The translations under genes were made by a program, and so were the position numbers. A stretch of 64,000 bases of DNA from Bacilli bacterium (GTDB taxonomy: Bacteria > Bacillota_I > Bacilli_A > RF39 > UBA660), in assembly GCA_041655535.1 (NCBI GenBank), contig JBBAFH010000003.1, positions 4,081-68,080 of the forward strand, read 5' to 3'. Below, piece after piece: positions 9,247 through 17,912 of this stretch; within the stretch, counting starts at the first letter, position 1; each line of letters begins with the position of its first letter. The notes beneath the pieces were generated by a model. It saw only the letters and a program-made list of their open reading frames with translations, did not search any database and was not told the DNA's origin.

Positions 9247-9870
9247 TTGTTGAAAAATCAAGTTTTAAATACTTTATTAAACTTTATTAAAAAACATTAT
9301 CCAAACTATACTAAACAACAAATGTTAACTATTAAATATGGATTAGAGGGAATTTATATAACAATTACTAAAACCATTATAATATTCCTAATAGCTATAT
9401 ATTTAAATTTATTTGTAGATCTTATAATTTTAATGTTATTTTATACTTTATTAAGAATGTTTTCATTTGGATTACACGCTAATAATAGTCTAGTATGCCT
9501 AGTTGCATCATCTACTCTATTTATAGGAGCAACTTACTTATGTACAATATTAACTATTAATTTACAAATCAAATTAATTTTAGCAGTTATATCAATTATA
9601 TTTTTTTATAAATATTCACCCGCTGATACTACGAAAAAACCAATCAATAATATTAAAAGAAGAAATAATTATAAATTACTATCAACAATTACTGCGATAA
9701 CTTATAGTTTTATTATAGTTTTTTCAAATAATCATTTTATTGCAAATACTCTACTATTTTCATTAGTTATTCAATCTTTTTTAACAACACCTTTGGCATA
9801 TAAACTTTTTAATCAGCAATATAATAATTACTTGCAATATAAAAAAGGAAAGGAGGTTGGTTGTGATTAA
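9247..9870 (+). CDS. agrB: AgrB-family propeptide-processing membrane endopeptidase
   Basis: TTG start. 207 aa and polytopic. Conserved R..S.G.HA.....C signature (LLRMFSFGLHANNSLVC). Immediately followed by an AgrD-like peptide gene. Confidence 0.85.
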   Translation: MLKNQVLNTLLNFIKKHYPNYTKQQMLTIKYGLEGIYITITKTIIIFLIAIYLNLFVDLIILMLFYTLLRMFSFGLHANNSLVCLVASSTLFIGATYLCTILTINLQIKLILAVISIIFFYKYSPADTTKKPINNIKRRNNYKLLSTITAITYSFIIVFSNNHFIANTLLFSLVIQSFLTTPLAYKLFNQQYNNYLQYKKGKEVGCD

Positions 9871-9985
9871 ATTTTTAGCTTTGGCTTTAAGTTCACTGGC
9901 TTATGTTGCTGCTAATACATTCACAACTGCTTGCATGTTTCTGTGGTTAGACGAACCAGAAACACCAGATTTCTTAATAAAATAA
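9863..9985 (+). CDS. agrD: AgrD-like autoinducing peptide precursor (40 aa)
   Basis: Not in the ORF track (too short). GTG start 6 nt after SD AAGGAGG (9850-9856), overlapping the agrB end by 8 nt. Translation is MIKFLALALSSLAYVAANTFTTACMFLWLDEPETPDFLIK: an amphipathic leader, a single Cys, then an acidic EP..P tail as in known AgrD peptides. Confidence 0.8.
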   Translation: MIKFLALALSSLAYVAANTFTTACMFLWLDEPETPDFLIK

Positions 9986-9994
9986 GAAATAAAA

Positions 9995-10020
9995 AAAATG
10001 TAGGAATATTTCTACATTTT
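9995..10020. terminator. Bidirectional terminator between the convergent agrD and kinase genes
   Basis: Stem AAAATGTAG (9995-10003) pairs with CTACATTTT (10012-10020). It is flanked by an A-run on the left and a T-run on the right. Confidence 0.6.
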
Positions 10021-11304
10021 TATTTTAATTTTTTGTTTAAATACATCTCTAACAAATTCCCTTTCAATCGAAATTCGTTCGTCTTTATCAATTATTATTT
10101 TGACTAAGCTTAATCCGTATCCCCGACCTTTACCTTTACTAGAATACCCTTCATCATCCATTCTTTCTAAATCAATCGAACCTTGAAAGTTATTAGAAAC
10201 ACAAAAATAGAAATCATTTCCTTCTTTATATAAATAAATACCAATTGCTTTCATTTTTAAATCTTCAATCGCTTCAATAGCATTATCAATTATAATGCCA
10301 GCAATTGCACATAAATTTTTATTTAACTCAAAATCAAAATTCTTGTAACTATTAGAGTATATATTTTTGCTAATTTCTAAATTACAACTAATTCCCTTTT
10401 CCTTCATAATTAACATTTTTTGGTATATTAATCCTTGAAATCCACCAGAAGGAAGGCGTTTTGTTTTAGTTAGAATTTCATCATCATCTTTTTCCTTTAA
10501 ATTAATAATTTCATCAATATGATTAATAATGTCACTGTTTTTTTTAGGTATCATTCCTTTTAGAACAATAAAGTTGTTTTTGTTTTCATGATTAGTTCTT
10601 CGATATTTTTCAAGAATTTTTTCATATTCTGTTAAATCATTAATTAATTTATTATATTCTTTTTTTAAATTGCTATGGTAATTTTTTTCCAAACTTATGT
10701 TTATTACTAGAAAAGTAATAATAATTATTAGAATTACACTTAAAATCATCGCTAATAAAACATCAAGTTTAAAATACATATAATAAAAGAAAACGGAATA
10801 GATCAACACAATAAGCGCTAAAATAGGAAGAATTTCAAAAACACCTTGACTCCTTCTGTTTTCAGTCACACTTCCAAAAAAATGAACGATCTGTTTTACA
10901 TTAATTAAAATAATCATTATCAATGCAATAAGTATATTAAGCCAAAATCGTCCAAGAAAAGCTTCACTTAAAGTCGTTGGTTCTATCTTTAACAACATAA
11001 CTAAAATAATAGCAACTATTATTTCGGAAACGGTTATTAAAACAAATACAAAAAAACTTCCAATAATGACATTAATAATTTTTTTCTTGAAGTATAATTT
11101 ATTTAATATTATTAACACTATATAATTTATTAAAACACGTATATAATGTTTTGTTGCTATAAACAATATTGTCATTAGAATTGTATTAATAAGTACAACC
11201 AACCAAAATTCTGTTTTTTTATAGTCAATTTGTTCTTTAAAGATTCTAGAGGATACATAAAAACATGCTAATGAAATTATAAAACTACTTAATAAATAAG
11301 TCAT
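10012..11304 (-). CDS. agrC: AgrC/ComD-like (HPK10) membrane sensor histidine kinase
   Basis: 430 aa. About 6-7 N-terminal TM helices, the H-box RRTNHENKNNFIVLKGM, and a C-terminal ATPase motif GYSSKGKGRGYGLSLV. Overlaps the upstream regulator gene by 4 nt. Confidence 0.85.
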   Translation of the reverse strand: MTYLLSSFIISLACFYVSSRIFKEQIDYKKTEFWLVVLINTILMTILFIATKHYIRVLINYIVLIILNKLYFKKKIINVIIGSFFVFVLITVSEIIVAIILVMLLKIEPTTLSEAFLGRFWLNILIALIMIILINVKQIVHFFGSVTENRRSQGVFEILPILALIVLIYSVFFYYMYFKLDVLLAMILSVILIIIITFLVINISLEKNYHSNLKKEYNKLINDLTEYEKILEKYRRTNHENKNNFIVLKGMIPKKNSDIINHIDEIINLKEKDDDEILTKTKRLPSGGFQGLIYQKMLIMKEKGISCNLEISKNIYSNSYKNFDFELNKNLCAIAGIIIDNAIEAIEDLKMKAIGIYLYKEGNDFYFCVSNNFQGSIDLERMDDEGYSSKGKGRGYGLSLVKIIIDKDERISIEREFVRDVFKQKIKIKM

Positions 11305-12008
11305 AGCTTTGATACCTCTTTTTTATATTTAGGACTCAACCAATCTATCTCAACTCCAGTATCAAAAGTTATTTTTTTCTTAGCTAAATTGACAATTGAT
11401 ACTCTAGTAGAATTAATAATACATGACCGATGTGATTGGACAAATACATCACCTAACATTTCAGACATATCCATTAGTGTTTTATTTACACTAAGTTGTG
11501 AATAGTCAGTATTTATAATAACCTTTCGCTCGATACTATCTCTGGTTATATATAATATATCATTAATTGGTATGGTATATATAGCTCCTCTATCTTCAAA
11601 ACGAATTACTCCTTTTTTTCCTAAAACATCCAGAGCTTTAGAAATAGATTTACTTAAATGTTTAGGATAGTCATCATACTTATTTATAAAAGATAAAAAT
11701 AAAAATTCATTTTTTAAAATAGTATATCCCAGTTCATCGTGTGATGTTAAAAAGATAATAACGCTTTCAATATCAATTTTTCTAATTACTCGAGCTATAT
11801 CGATTCCTGAAGAAGATGGAGTTTCGATATCCAATATATATATTCTGAAAGGTAACTTTGAACGCATTAATTTCATAAAACTATTATCATAATCATCAAA
11901 CAAATGACATTGATATTCCATTTTGTTTTTTAACATTTCTTCATCAATAATAGAATTAATTTGATTTAAAATTTCTGCATTGTCATCACATACAACAAAA
12001 TTAACCAT
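11301..12008 (-). CDS. agrA: LytTR-family response regulator (AgrA-like)
   Basis: The start is most likely ATG at 12008 (MVNFVVCDDNAEIL, SD GAGGTG). The track ORF start at 12083 adds an implausible extension. Receiver domain plus a C-terminal LytTR domain (IYTIPINDILYITRD...VQSHRSCIINSTRV). Confidence 0.9.
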   Translation of the reverse strand: MVNFVVCDDNAEILNQINSIIDEEMLKNKMEYQCHLFDDYDNSFMKLMRSKLPFRIYILDIETPSSSGIDIARVIRKIDIESVIIFLTSHDELGYTILKNEFLFLSFINKYDDYPKHLSKSISKALDVLGKKGVIRFEDRGAIYTIPINDILYITRDSIERKVIINTDYSQLSVNKTLMDMSEMLGDVFVQSHRSCIINSTRVSIVNLAKKKITFDTGVEIDWLSPKYKKEVSKL

Positions 12009-12175
12009 TAACACACACCTCAAATCACGTTCGCTCATCGCAAAACTCCACTTAATATTACCATATACTGGTAAAAATTGCAATATTAAAAATTTATTTT
12101 TTAATTCATCTGATGTTTCTTTATTTGAAAAAGAAATTAGACAAAAAATCTAATTTCCAATATATTTTAATACAA

Positions 12176-12340
12176 TTATATAAAATCACGACGCGATTGA
12201 TTAAAAAGTGCAAAAATAACAAATATAATAATAATAATCCAAATTATGCCTAAACCACTTCCGCCATAACCTCCGCCGTAGCCACCGCCACAGTATGGAA
12301 TTGGTGGACAGCAACTACCAGGATATCCCCAAGTTCCCAT
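12176..12340 (-). CDS. Small Gly/Tyr/Cys-rich membrane-tailed protein (YjcZ-like tiny sporulation protein family)
   Basis: Not in the ORF track (54 aa). SD AAGGGGGG lies 6 nt before the ATG at 12340. Translation is MGTWGYPGSCCPPIPYCGGGYGGGYGGSGLGIIWIIIIIFVIFALFNQSRRDFI. Confidence 0.55.
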   Translation of the reverse strand: MGTWGYPGSCCPPIPYCGGGYGGGYGGSGLGIIWIIIIIFVIFALFNQSRRDFI

Positions 12341-12781
12341 TTTGTTCCCCCCTTTTATATTTCTATAATAGGTTATTCATATACTTCATTCTTGAATGTG
12401 GATTAAACTATATTAAACGTTTTTTACCAATCTTTTATTTTACATAGTTATTAAACTCATTAAAAGAGGAGGTGTGATCGTCTCTGATTTTTTGTCATCA
12501 ATAATATCTAAAAGGGTTTTATTATGGTTATATGAAATAAATATATTTGACACTTTTGATAACTAGCACTCACTACTAACCCGACTTATTTCAGTTGAAA
12601 CAGTCCCTTTATATAAGTATAATTTTTTCAGATATCTTTTACTGTCATAATACATTAAACATTCTAAAAGATGTGCTTTTTGACATTTCTCATTAGCTGG
12701 TTTTTTTAAAATTTTTGATTATATGATTCAATCATTCGATCATAACTTCTAATATGGTTAAAATGTCAAATATTTTGCTCG

Positions 12782-12803
12782 CAACTGTCAGCAGTTGTTT
12801 TTT
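12782..12803 (+). terminator. Possible rho-independent terminator inside an otherwise ORF-free 0.5-kb gap
   Basis: Stem CAACTG, loop tcag, stem CAGTTG, followed by TTTTTT. Confidence 0.4.
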
Positions 12804-12876
12804 AACATATTTTTAATAAATAAAAAATCAACCATTGGTTGATTCATTGACTCGATTAATCGAGATTGTTTTCTTA

Positions 12877-12953
12877 TGGTGGAGAATAAGGGACTCGAAC
12901 CCTTGACCCCCTGCGTGCAAGGCAGGTGCTCTAGCCAACTGAGCTAATTCCCC
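12877..12953 (-). tRNA. tRNA-Ala(UGC)
   Basis: The reverse complement starts GGGGAATTAGCTCAG. Anticodon loop is CTTGCAC. It has the G3:U70 pair, a T-arm GGTTCGAGTCC and an encoded CCA. A hairpin plus T-run lies downstream at ~12822-12843. Confidence 0.95.
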
Positions 12954-13080
12954 AAAGAACATCATTACTAAATAATGACTAATATAGTATATCACTAAAA
13001 TTTCAAAAAAGTCAACATCTATTTTAAAAATCTATTAAATATAAGGGAATAAATCATATAAAAATCCCAATTAACTCAAC

Positions 13081-13752
13081 TTATATAAACAAACTAATTA
13101 TAAATATTATACCTAATATCAAAGGTTGATGAATTAAATAAATCAATAAAGAATTTTTACTTACTGCAATTATAATTTTGTTCTTCGTGTATAAATTAAA
13201 TATACTTACTTTTTTGTAATAAAAAACTTTGTTAAAAACAATTCCAGCTATATATAGGGAAACATATGGAAATAATGGATAATAATCAACTGAAGCTTTT
13301 CCAAAAATATTATCAAAAAATTTAAATATTTCTATATTATATATAGGTGTGTTAATACCAAAACAAATCAAAAATATTAACATTAATAACCAATACGTAT
13401 TTAGTTTTTTTAAAATAGGATATAACATCATACATATACCTAGAAAATGCAATATACCAAATCTTACATATTGATTATTAAATATAATAAAAGTAATTAC
13501 GGAGACAATTAATCCAAAACTCAAAGTCACTATTCCCTTTTTAAATATATCCTTACTAAACCCGCTGTTTATTCCCGAAAGGATAATAAATAGTATTGCA
13601 GCCATTCGACCTAGAAAATACCAAAAACCTGACTCATAATTTACATTTAATCCGACAAATTCATTTAAATCATAAATCAGATGAAAAATAATCATTGAAG
13701 TAATGGCAATCAACTTTAAAATATCTATTTCAAAAATTCTTTTATTTTCCAT
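13081..13752 (-). CDS. Polytopic membrane protein, DUF1624/heparan-alpha-glucosaminide N-acetyltransferase-like
   Basis: 223 aa and highly hydrophobic. The N-terminal RIFEIDILKLIAITSMIIFHL motif is typical of that family. Confidence 0.6.
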   Translation of the reverse strand: MENKRIFEIDILKLIAITSMIIFHLIYDLNEFVGLNVNYESGFWYFLGRMAAILFIILSGINSGFSKDIFKKGIVTLSFGLIVSVITFIIFNNQYVRFGILHFLGICMMLYPILKKLNTYWLLMLIFLICFGINTPIYNIEIFKFFDNIFGKASVDYYPLFPYVSLYIAGIVFNKVFYYKKVSIFNLYTKNKIIIAVSKNSLLIYLIHQPLILGIIFIISLFI

Positions 13753-13828
13753 TCTTCACCTCAACATAATCTACGATTTATTAATATAAAAAGCACACAA
13801 ATTAATATCGTATGCTTTGTTGACTATA

Positions 13829-13905
13829 TGGTCGGGAAAACAGGATTTGAACCTGCAACCCCTTGGTCCCAAACCAAGTGCACTACCAAGTTGTGCTATT
13901 TCCCG
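13829..13905 (-). tRNA. tRNA-Pro(UGG)
   Basis: Reverse complement CGGGAAATAGC...; anticodon loop TTTGGGA; encoded CCA. Confidence 0.95.
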
Positions 13906-13908
13906 TTA

Positions 13909-13985
13909 TGGCGCGCCCGATAGGAGTCGAACCCATAACCTTTTGATCCGTAGTCAAACGATCTATCCAATTGATCTACGGGCGC
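13909..13985 (-). tRNA. tRNA-Arg(ACG)
   Basis: Reverse complement GCGCCCGTAGATCAATTGG...; anticodon loop CTACGGA; encoded CCA. Confidence 0.95.
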
Positions 13986-14004
13986 AAGATCGTCAATATT
14001 TAAA

Positions 14005-14080
<76 letters not shown>

Positions 14081-14083
14081 AAA

Positions 14084-14159
14084 TGGCGGTCCCGACGAGA
14101 ATTGAACTCGCGATCTTCTGCGTGACAGGCAGACGTGATAACCGCTACACCACGGGACC
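14084..14159 (-). tRNA. tRNA-Asp(GUC)
   Basis: Reverse complement GGTCCCGTGGTGTAGCGG...; anticodon loop CTGTCAC; encoded CCA. Confidence 0.95.
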
Positions 14160-14162
14160 ATA

Positions 14163-14239
<77 letters not shown>

Positions 14240-14258
14240 ATATTAATTTAAATAAAAT

Positions 14259-14349
14259 TGGCGGAGAAAGAGGGATTCGAACCCCCGCGCCGTTTCCGAC
14301 CTGCTGGTTTTCAAGACCAGTCCCTTCAACCAGACTTGGGTATTTCTCC
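14259..14349 (-). tRNA. tRNA-Ser(UGA)
   Basis: Reverse complement GGAGAAATACCCAAG...; anticodon loop CTTGAAA; long variable arm; encoded CCA. Confidence 0.95.
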
Positions 14350-14381
14350 ATATTTTATATAAATCACAAAAAAAATTTAAA

Positions 14382-14470
14382 TGGTGCCTAAGGCCGGAAT
14401 TGAACCGGCACGAGAGTTGAGTCTCGCAGGATTTTAAGTCCTGTGCGTCTACCTATTCCGCCACTCAGGC
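14382..14470 (-). tRNA. tRNA-Leu(UAA)
   Basis: Reverse complement GCCTGAGTGGCGGAA...; anticodon loop CTTAAAA; long variable arm; encoded CCA. Confidence 0.95.
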
Positions 14471-14479
14471 AAAAAAGAA

Positions 14480-14555
14480 TGGTGTCCCGTACAAGATTCG
14501 AACTTGTGACCCTTTGATTAAAAGTCAAATGCTCTACCAACTGAGCTAACGGGAC
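14480..14555 (-). tRNA. tRNA-Lys(UUU)
   Basis: Reverse complement GTCCCGTTAGCTCAGTTGG...; anticodon loop CTTTTAA; encoded CCA. Confidence 0.95.
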
Positions 14556-14567
14556 AAAAATTAAAAA

Positions 14568-14642
14568 TGGCTGCCTCGGCTAGATTCGAACTAGCGCATG
14601 CCACAGTCAAAGTGTGGTGCCTTACCGCTTGGCTACGAGGCA
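14568..14642 (-). tRNA. tRNA-Gln(UUG)
   Basis: Reverse complement TGCCTCGTAGCCAAGCGG...; anticodon loop CTTTGAC; encoded CCA. Confidence 0.93.
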
Positions 14643-14657
14643 ACATACCAACATAAA

Positions 14658-14741
14658 TGGTGGAGGGAGATGGATTTGAACCATCGAACCCGAAGGAACA
14701 GATTTACAGTCTGCCGCGTTTGGCCACTTCGCTATCCCTCC
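14658..14741 (-). tRNA. tRNA-Tyr(GUA)
   Basis: Reverse complement GGAGGGATAGCGAAGTGG...; anticodon loop CTGTAAA; long variable arm; encoded CCA. Confidence 0.95.
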
Positions 14742-14743
14742 AA

Positions 14744-14820
<77 letters not shown>

Positions 14821-14821
14821 A

Positions 14822-14898
14822 TGGTGGGCAATGTAGGACTCGAACCTACGACCCCCTGCTTGTAAGGCAGGTGCTCTAACCAACTGAGCTAATCACCC
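14822..14898 (-). tRNA. tRNA-Val(UAC)
   Basis: Reverse complement GGGTGATTAGCTCAGTTGG...; anticodon loop CTTACAA; encoded CCA. Confidence 0.95.
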
Positions 14899-14936
14899 AT
14901 TAACACTGGACGTAACTTAATATAACATTTATAGAA

Positions 14937-15305
14937 TTATTTGTCAACAAAATTTGAATTTTTTCTAATATTTTCTTCTATCCATGTTGGAAGCATCGTA
15001 GATAATGTGCTAAAACCTGAATTAGTTTCTTTTATTTTACGTTTTCTAAAATTATTATTTTTCTTATAATCAATATTTTTGATACTTAGTTTTAATTGTG
15101 ATAGCTTCTCATCAACTTCTAAAACCTCAACGAATATTATGTCACCGACACTAACGTGGTCATTAATATTTCTAACATAACTATGAGATACTTCAGAAAT
15201 ATGGATCAATCCGCTATAAAATTCATCTAGCGATACAAATATGCCGTACGGTTCAATACCAGTAACTGCACCCTTTACTATCTTTCCTTTCTTATATTTT
15301 GTCAC
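14937..15305 (-). CDS. yabR: S1 RNA-binding domain protein (YabR-like)
   Basis: The best start is GTG at 15305 (SD AGAGGTG, preceded by a -10 TATGATATAAT). The track ORF start at 15344 falls inside that promoter. S1 motif: GIFVSL....GLIHISEVSHSYVRNINDHVSVGD. A tRNA cluster follows it, as with B. subtilis yabR. Confidence 0.8.
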   Translation of the reverse strand: MTKYKKGKIVKGAVTGIEPYGIFVSLDEFYSGLIHISEVSHSYVRNINDHVSVGDIIFVEVLEVDEKLSQLKLSIKNIDYKKNNNFRKRKIKETNSGFSTLSTMLPTWIEENIRKNSNFVDK

Positions 15306-15403
15306 ATTTACACCTCTATGAAAGATTATATCATAAAATATCATACATTTAAAAGTATTTACTAAATTAAATTATTAATATATAATGTTAATGGAGGTAA
15401 TTT

Positions 15404-15634
15404 ATGAAAAATAATGAAGAAAAAATAATTAATATAATTAATGAATTAAGACCGTTTCTTATTAGTGATGGTGGAAATATCGAATTTGTTAAATTGGAAA
15501 ATAATATTGTTTATATAAAGTTGTTGGGCGCATGCTCTAATTGTCATATGGTTAACATAACTTTGAAAGAAGTTATTGAAACAGCTATTATTAATGAAAT
15601 TCCAGAAATAACTGAAGTTATAAATGTTGAGTAG
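15404..15634 (+). CDS. NifU-like (Nfu C-terminal domain) Fe-S assembly protein
   Basis: 76 aa. Contains DGGNIEFVKLENNIVYIKLLGACSNCHM with the CxxC motif, similar to YutI. Confidence 0.85.
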   Translation: MKNNEEKIINIINELRPFLISDGGNIEFVKLENNIVYIKLLGACSNCHMVNITLKEVIETAIINEIPEITEVINVE

Positions 15635-16541
15635 TTTGTATTTTACTTATCCACTCGATATTTGGTATTGATATTACTTGTTTTAAATAAGTATATAGCT
15701 TGTTTAAAAACAACTCATAATCGCTTATTTTATGAATGATTTTCAATATTTCTTTTTCAGAAAGTTGATTGTGAACAATTAATTCAAAAACATCAAAATA
15801 AAATGTCGGAAATAACATTCTTGCATATAATAACAAACAATCAGTTTCATTTAAATTGTTAGAAGTAATATAATCAATGACATCATAGGTTATGTTATCG
15901 CCATCAAAGAAACGGCTTTTAAAATATTCACATATATCTCTTGTCTTACTATCAATGATAAAGTTTAAGGGGTTATACAAATCAAAAAGAGTATCATCCT
16001 TTTTTATTCGCCCATGTGATAGAGATAAAGATTTATTATTAGTATTGATGTTTTTAAGAAAACTTATACCCGTTTCAGTCATTCCGACAAAATAACTAAA
16101 ACTTTCTCGAAGCAATGGGAAGGTTTTTCCAAATTGACTAACTTGATATTCGAAAAAATCAATTTTCTCAATCCATAAGTATAACCATTTGTCTCTTCTT
16201 AATGAATTTTCAGATGCGTTCATACTTATGTTAGAAAACCAAATCAAATCATCATAAGTTATATTACGGGAATCCGTTATATATATAAATAACAAAATAT
16301 AGGGAATGTTATTTATTAATGTTACTTTTAATGAGTTATTATTCAAAACTATTTGATGACAGTATATTCCTTGTGATAGTAAAGATGTACTTAAAGAATA
16401 CAAATCATTAATTTCCTTTTCAGTGCGGTAACATGGTAGAAAAATATATTTTTTATTTCCTATATTAAATTTAAAATTTTTATCCTGTTGGTGAATATTA
16501 TCCGGTTCAAGATTGTAAAAATAGTTAATTGTATTTTTCAT
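15618..16541 (-). CDS. Hypothetical protein, possibly a YutH/CotS-family kinase-like spore coat protein
   Basis: 307-aa ORF. The assignment rests mainly on context (NifU/YutI-like and YutG-like neighbours, as at the B. subtilis yut locus) and on its general length and composition. No catalytic motif was verified. Confidence 0.4.
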   Translation of the reverse strand: MKNTINYFYNLEPDNIHQQDKNFKFNIGNKKYIFLPCYRTEKEINDLYSLSTSLLSQGIYCHQIVLNNNSLKVTLINNIPYILLFIYITDSRNITYDDLIWFSNISMNASENSLRRDKWLYLWIEKIDFFEYQVSQFGKTFPLLRESFSYFVGMTETGISFLKNINTNNKSLSLSHGRIKKDDTLFDLYNPLNFIIDSKTRDICEYFKSRFFDGDNITYDVIDYITSNNLNETDCLLLYARMLFPTFYFDVFELIVHNQLSEKEILKIIHKISDYELFLNKLYTYLKQVISIPNIEWISKIQTTQHL

Positions 16542-16598
16542 ATATTCACCTCAACTAATTTTATGATTTTATTACTATTTTATGATTGGAGGATTAAT

Positions 16599-17084
16599 AT
16601 GAATAATTTAAAAGAAAGTGCCATAAAAAAATTAAACAATCGAGGGGTTGAAATAATTGATATTGCAGAGATTGTTTATGATTTACAAAAAAAATATTTA
16701 GCAACTTTAACGATGGATGATTGTGTTAAATCTGTTTGTGCAGTAATAGAAAAAAGAGAAGTGGTCCATGCTATTTTAACTGGTATTGCTATTGACGAAG
16801 CAGCCGAAAAAAATCTCCTTGATGAGGAAATTAATGACATAATTAAAAAAGATGACTCACTATACGGTATTGATGAAATTTTACCACTTAGTATAGTTAA
16901 TGTTCATGGATCAATTGCTTTTACTAATTTTGGACATTTAGATAAATTAAAACCTGGTATCATCGGTAAATTAGATAAACTAGGTGAAGAAATGAAACAA
17001 TGTCATACCTTTTTGGATGATATTATATGTGCAATTGCTTCTTCAGCCGCTAGTCGTCTAGCACATAAAAATAGAATTGATTAA
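16599..17084 (+). CDS. Phosphatidylglycerophosphatase A-family protein (YutG-like)
   Basis: Start is ATG at 16599 after SD TGGAGGA. The track start at 16488 is rejected. REVVHAILTGIAIDEAAEK...LYGIDEILPLSIVNVHGSIAFTNFG..DKLKPGI...CHTFLDDIICAIASSAASRLAH closely parallels B. subtilis YutG. Confidence 0.85.
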   Translation: MNNLKESAIKKLNNRGVEIIDIAEIVYDLQKKYLATLTMDDCVKSVCAVIEKREVVHAILTGIAIDEAAEKNLLDEEINDIIKKDDSLYGIDEILPLSIVNVHGSIAFTNFGHLDKLKPGIIGKLDKLGEEMKQCHTFLDDIICAIASSAASRLAHKNRID

Positions 17085-17100
17085 CAATTCTATTTTTTAT

Positions 17101-17805
17101 TTATCCAATAAGTTTTTTTATTTCATTTAACTTATTAGTTAATTCTTCATTTTTTTGTTTTTCTTGATCATATAATTCCTTAAACGAATCAGTTTCAACG
17201 TTTTCTTCTCTTGTTTCAACTGTTGGTTCCATTGGCCATTCATTTTCAAATGATACATCAGGCGCTACTTCAGAAATTGGTGTTTCAACCGGAGTTTTTT
17301 CAGTAGTTTCTGTAACCACATCAATATTAGGCTCCATTGGCCATTCATTTTCCATGGTTTGTTCATGGGTATCAATTGGTGTTTCTTCAACCTCTGGCAT
17401 TGATGGTGTTTCTTCAACTGTTGGTTGTTCTACAACCTCTTTTTTATTTGCACCTAATAATTCAGTTAATTGATTAGATAATTTAAATACTCTTCCATCA
17501 TTAATAATTAATGATTCCAAATTATTTAAATTTAAATCAGCTACTTCTGCTACTCCGTCTTTATTAGCACGAATAATTACTTTTATTAATTCTTTAATTG
17601 CCATCCAAGCATCATCATCAATATTAGTAGTTGTAAAGGCACCATTTTCATTAGTTACTTTGACCGCATATAATTTAACATAACTTTGCTCATCAACTTC
17701 ATTTAATGAATAAATTAAGTATCCACTATTGTTTAATTCAAAATAGCGAATAACTTCAGCATTGATTGATTCATTATTTGCATTAATTAAATTTACTCTT
17801 TCCAT
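17101..17805 (-). CDS. DUF1292-like protein with an acidic, internally repeated C-terminal tail
   Basis: The N-terminal ~90 aa fit the DUF1292 pattern (NESINAEVIRYFEL...YLIYSL...DDDAWMAIKELI). The C-terminus carries ENEWPMEP twice (identical 20-nt DNA repeats at 17228-17247 and 17333-17352). Confidence 0.4.
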   Translation of the reverse strand: MERVNLINANNESINAEVIRYFELNNSGYLIYSLNEVDEQSYVKLYAVKVTNENGAFTTTNIDDDAWMAIKELIKVIIRANKDGVAEVADLNLNNLESLIINDGRVFKLSNQLTELLGANKKEVVEQPTVEETPSMPEVEETPIDTHEQTMENEWPMEPNIDVVTETTEKTPVETPISEVAPDVSFENEWPMEPTVETREENVETDSFKELYDQEKQKNEELTNKLNEIKKLIG

Positions 17806-17912
17806 TTTATTCCTCCTTTTTATTCTTCATACTAATTATATCAAATATATCATTATTTGCAATTATTTTTTGTAACTTTTAAAATAAACTTAAAAAAAGA
17901 GTAATAATTACT

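Noticed and set aside
12473-12565. 30-codon GTG ORF (VIVSDFLSSIISKRVLLWLYEINIFDTFDN) after a strong SD-like AAGAGGAGG
   Set aside because: The GTG follows the SD core by only 1 nt, so the spacing is poor. No family resemblance was seen and there is no conservation evidence. It is mentioned only as context in the finding on the 12341-12876 gap.
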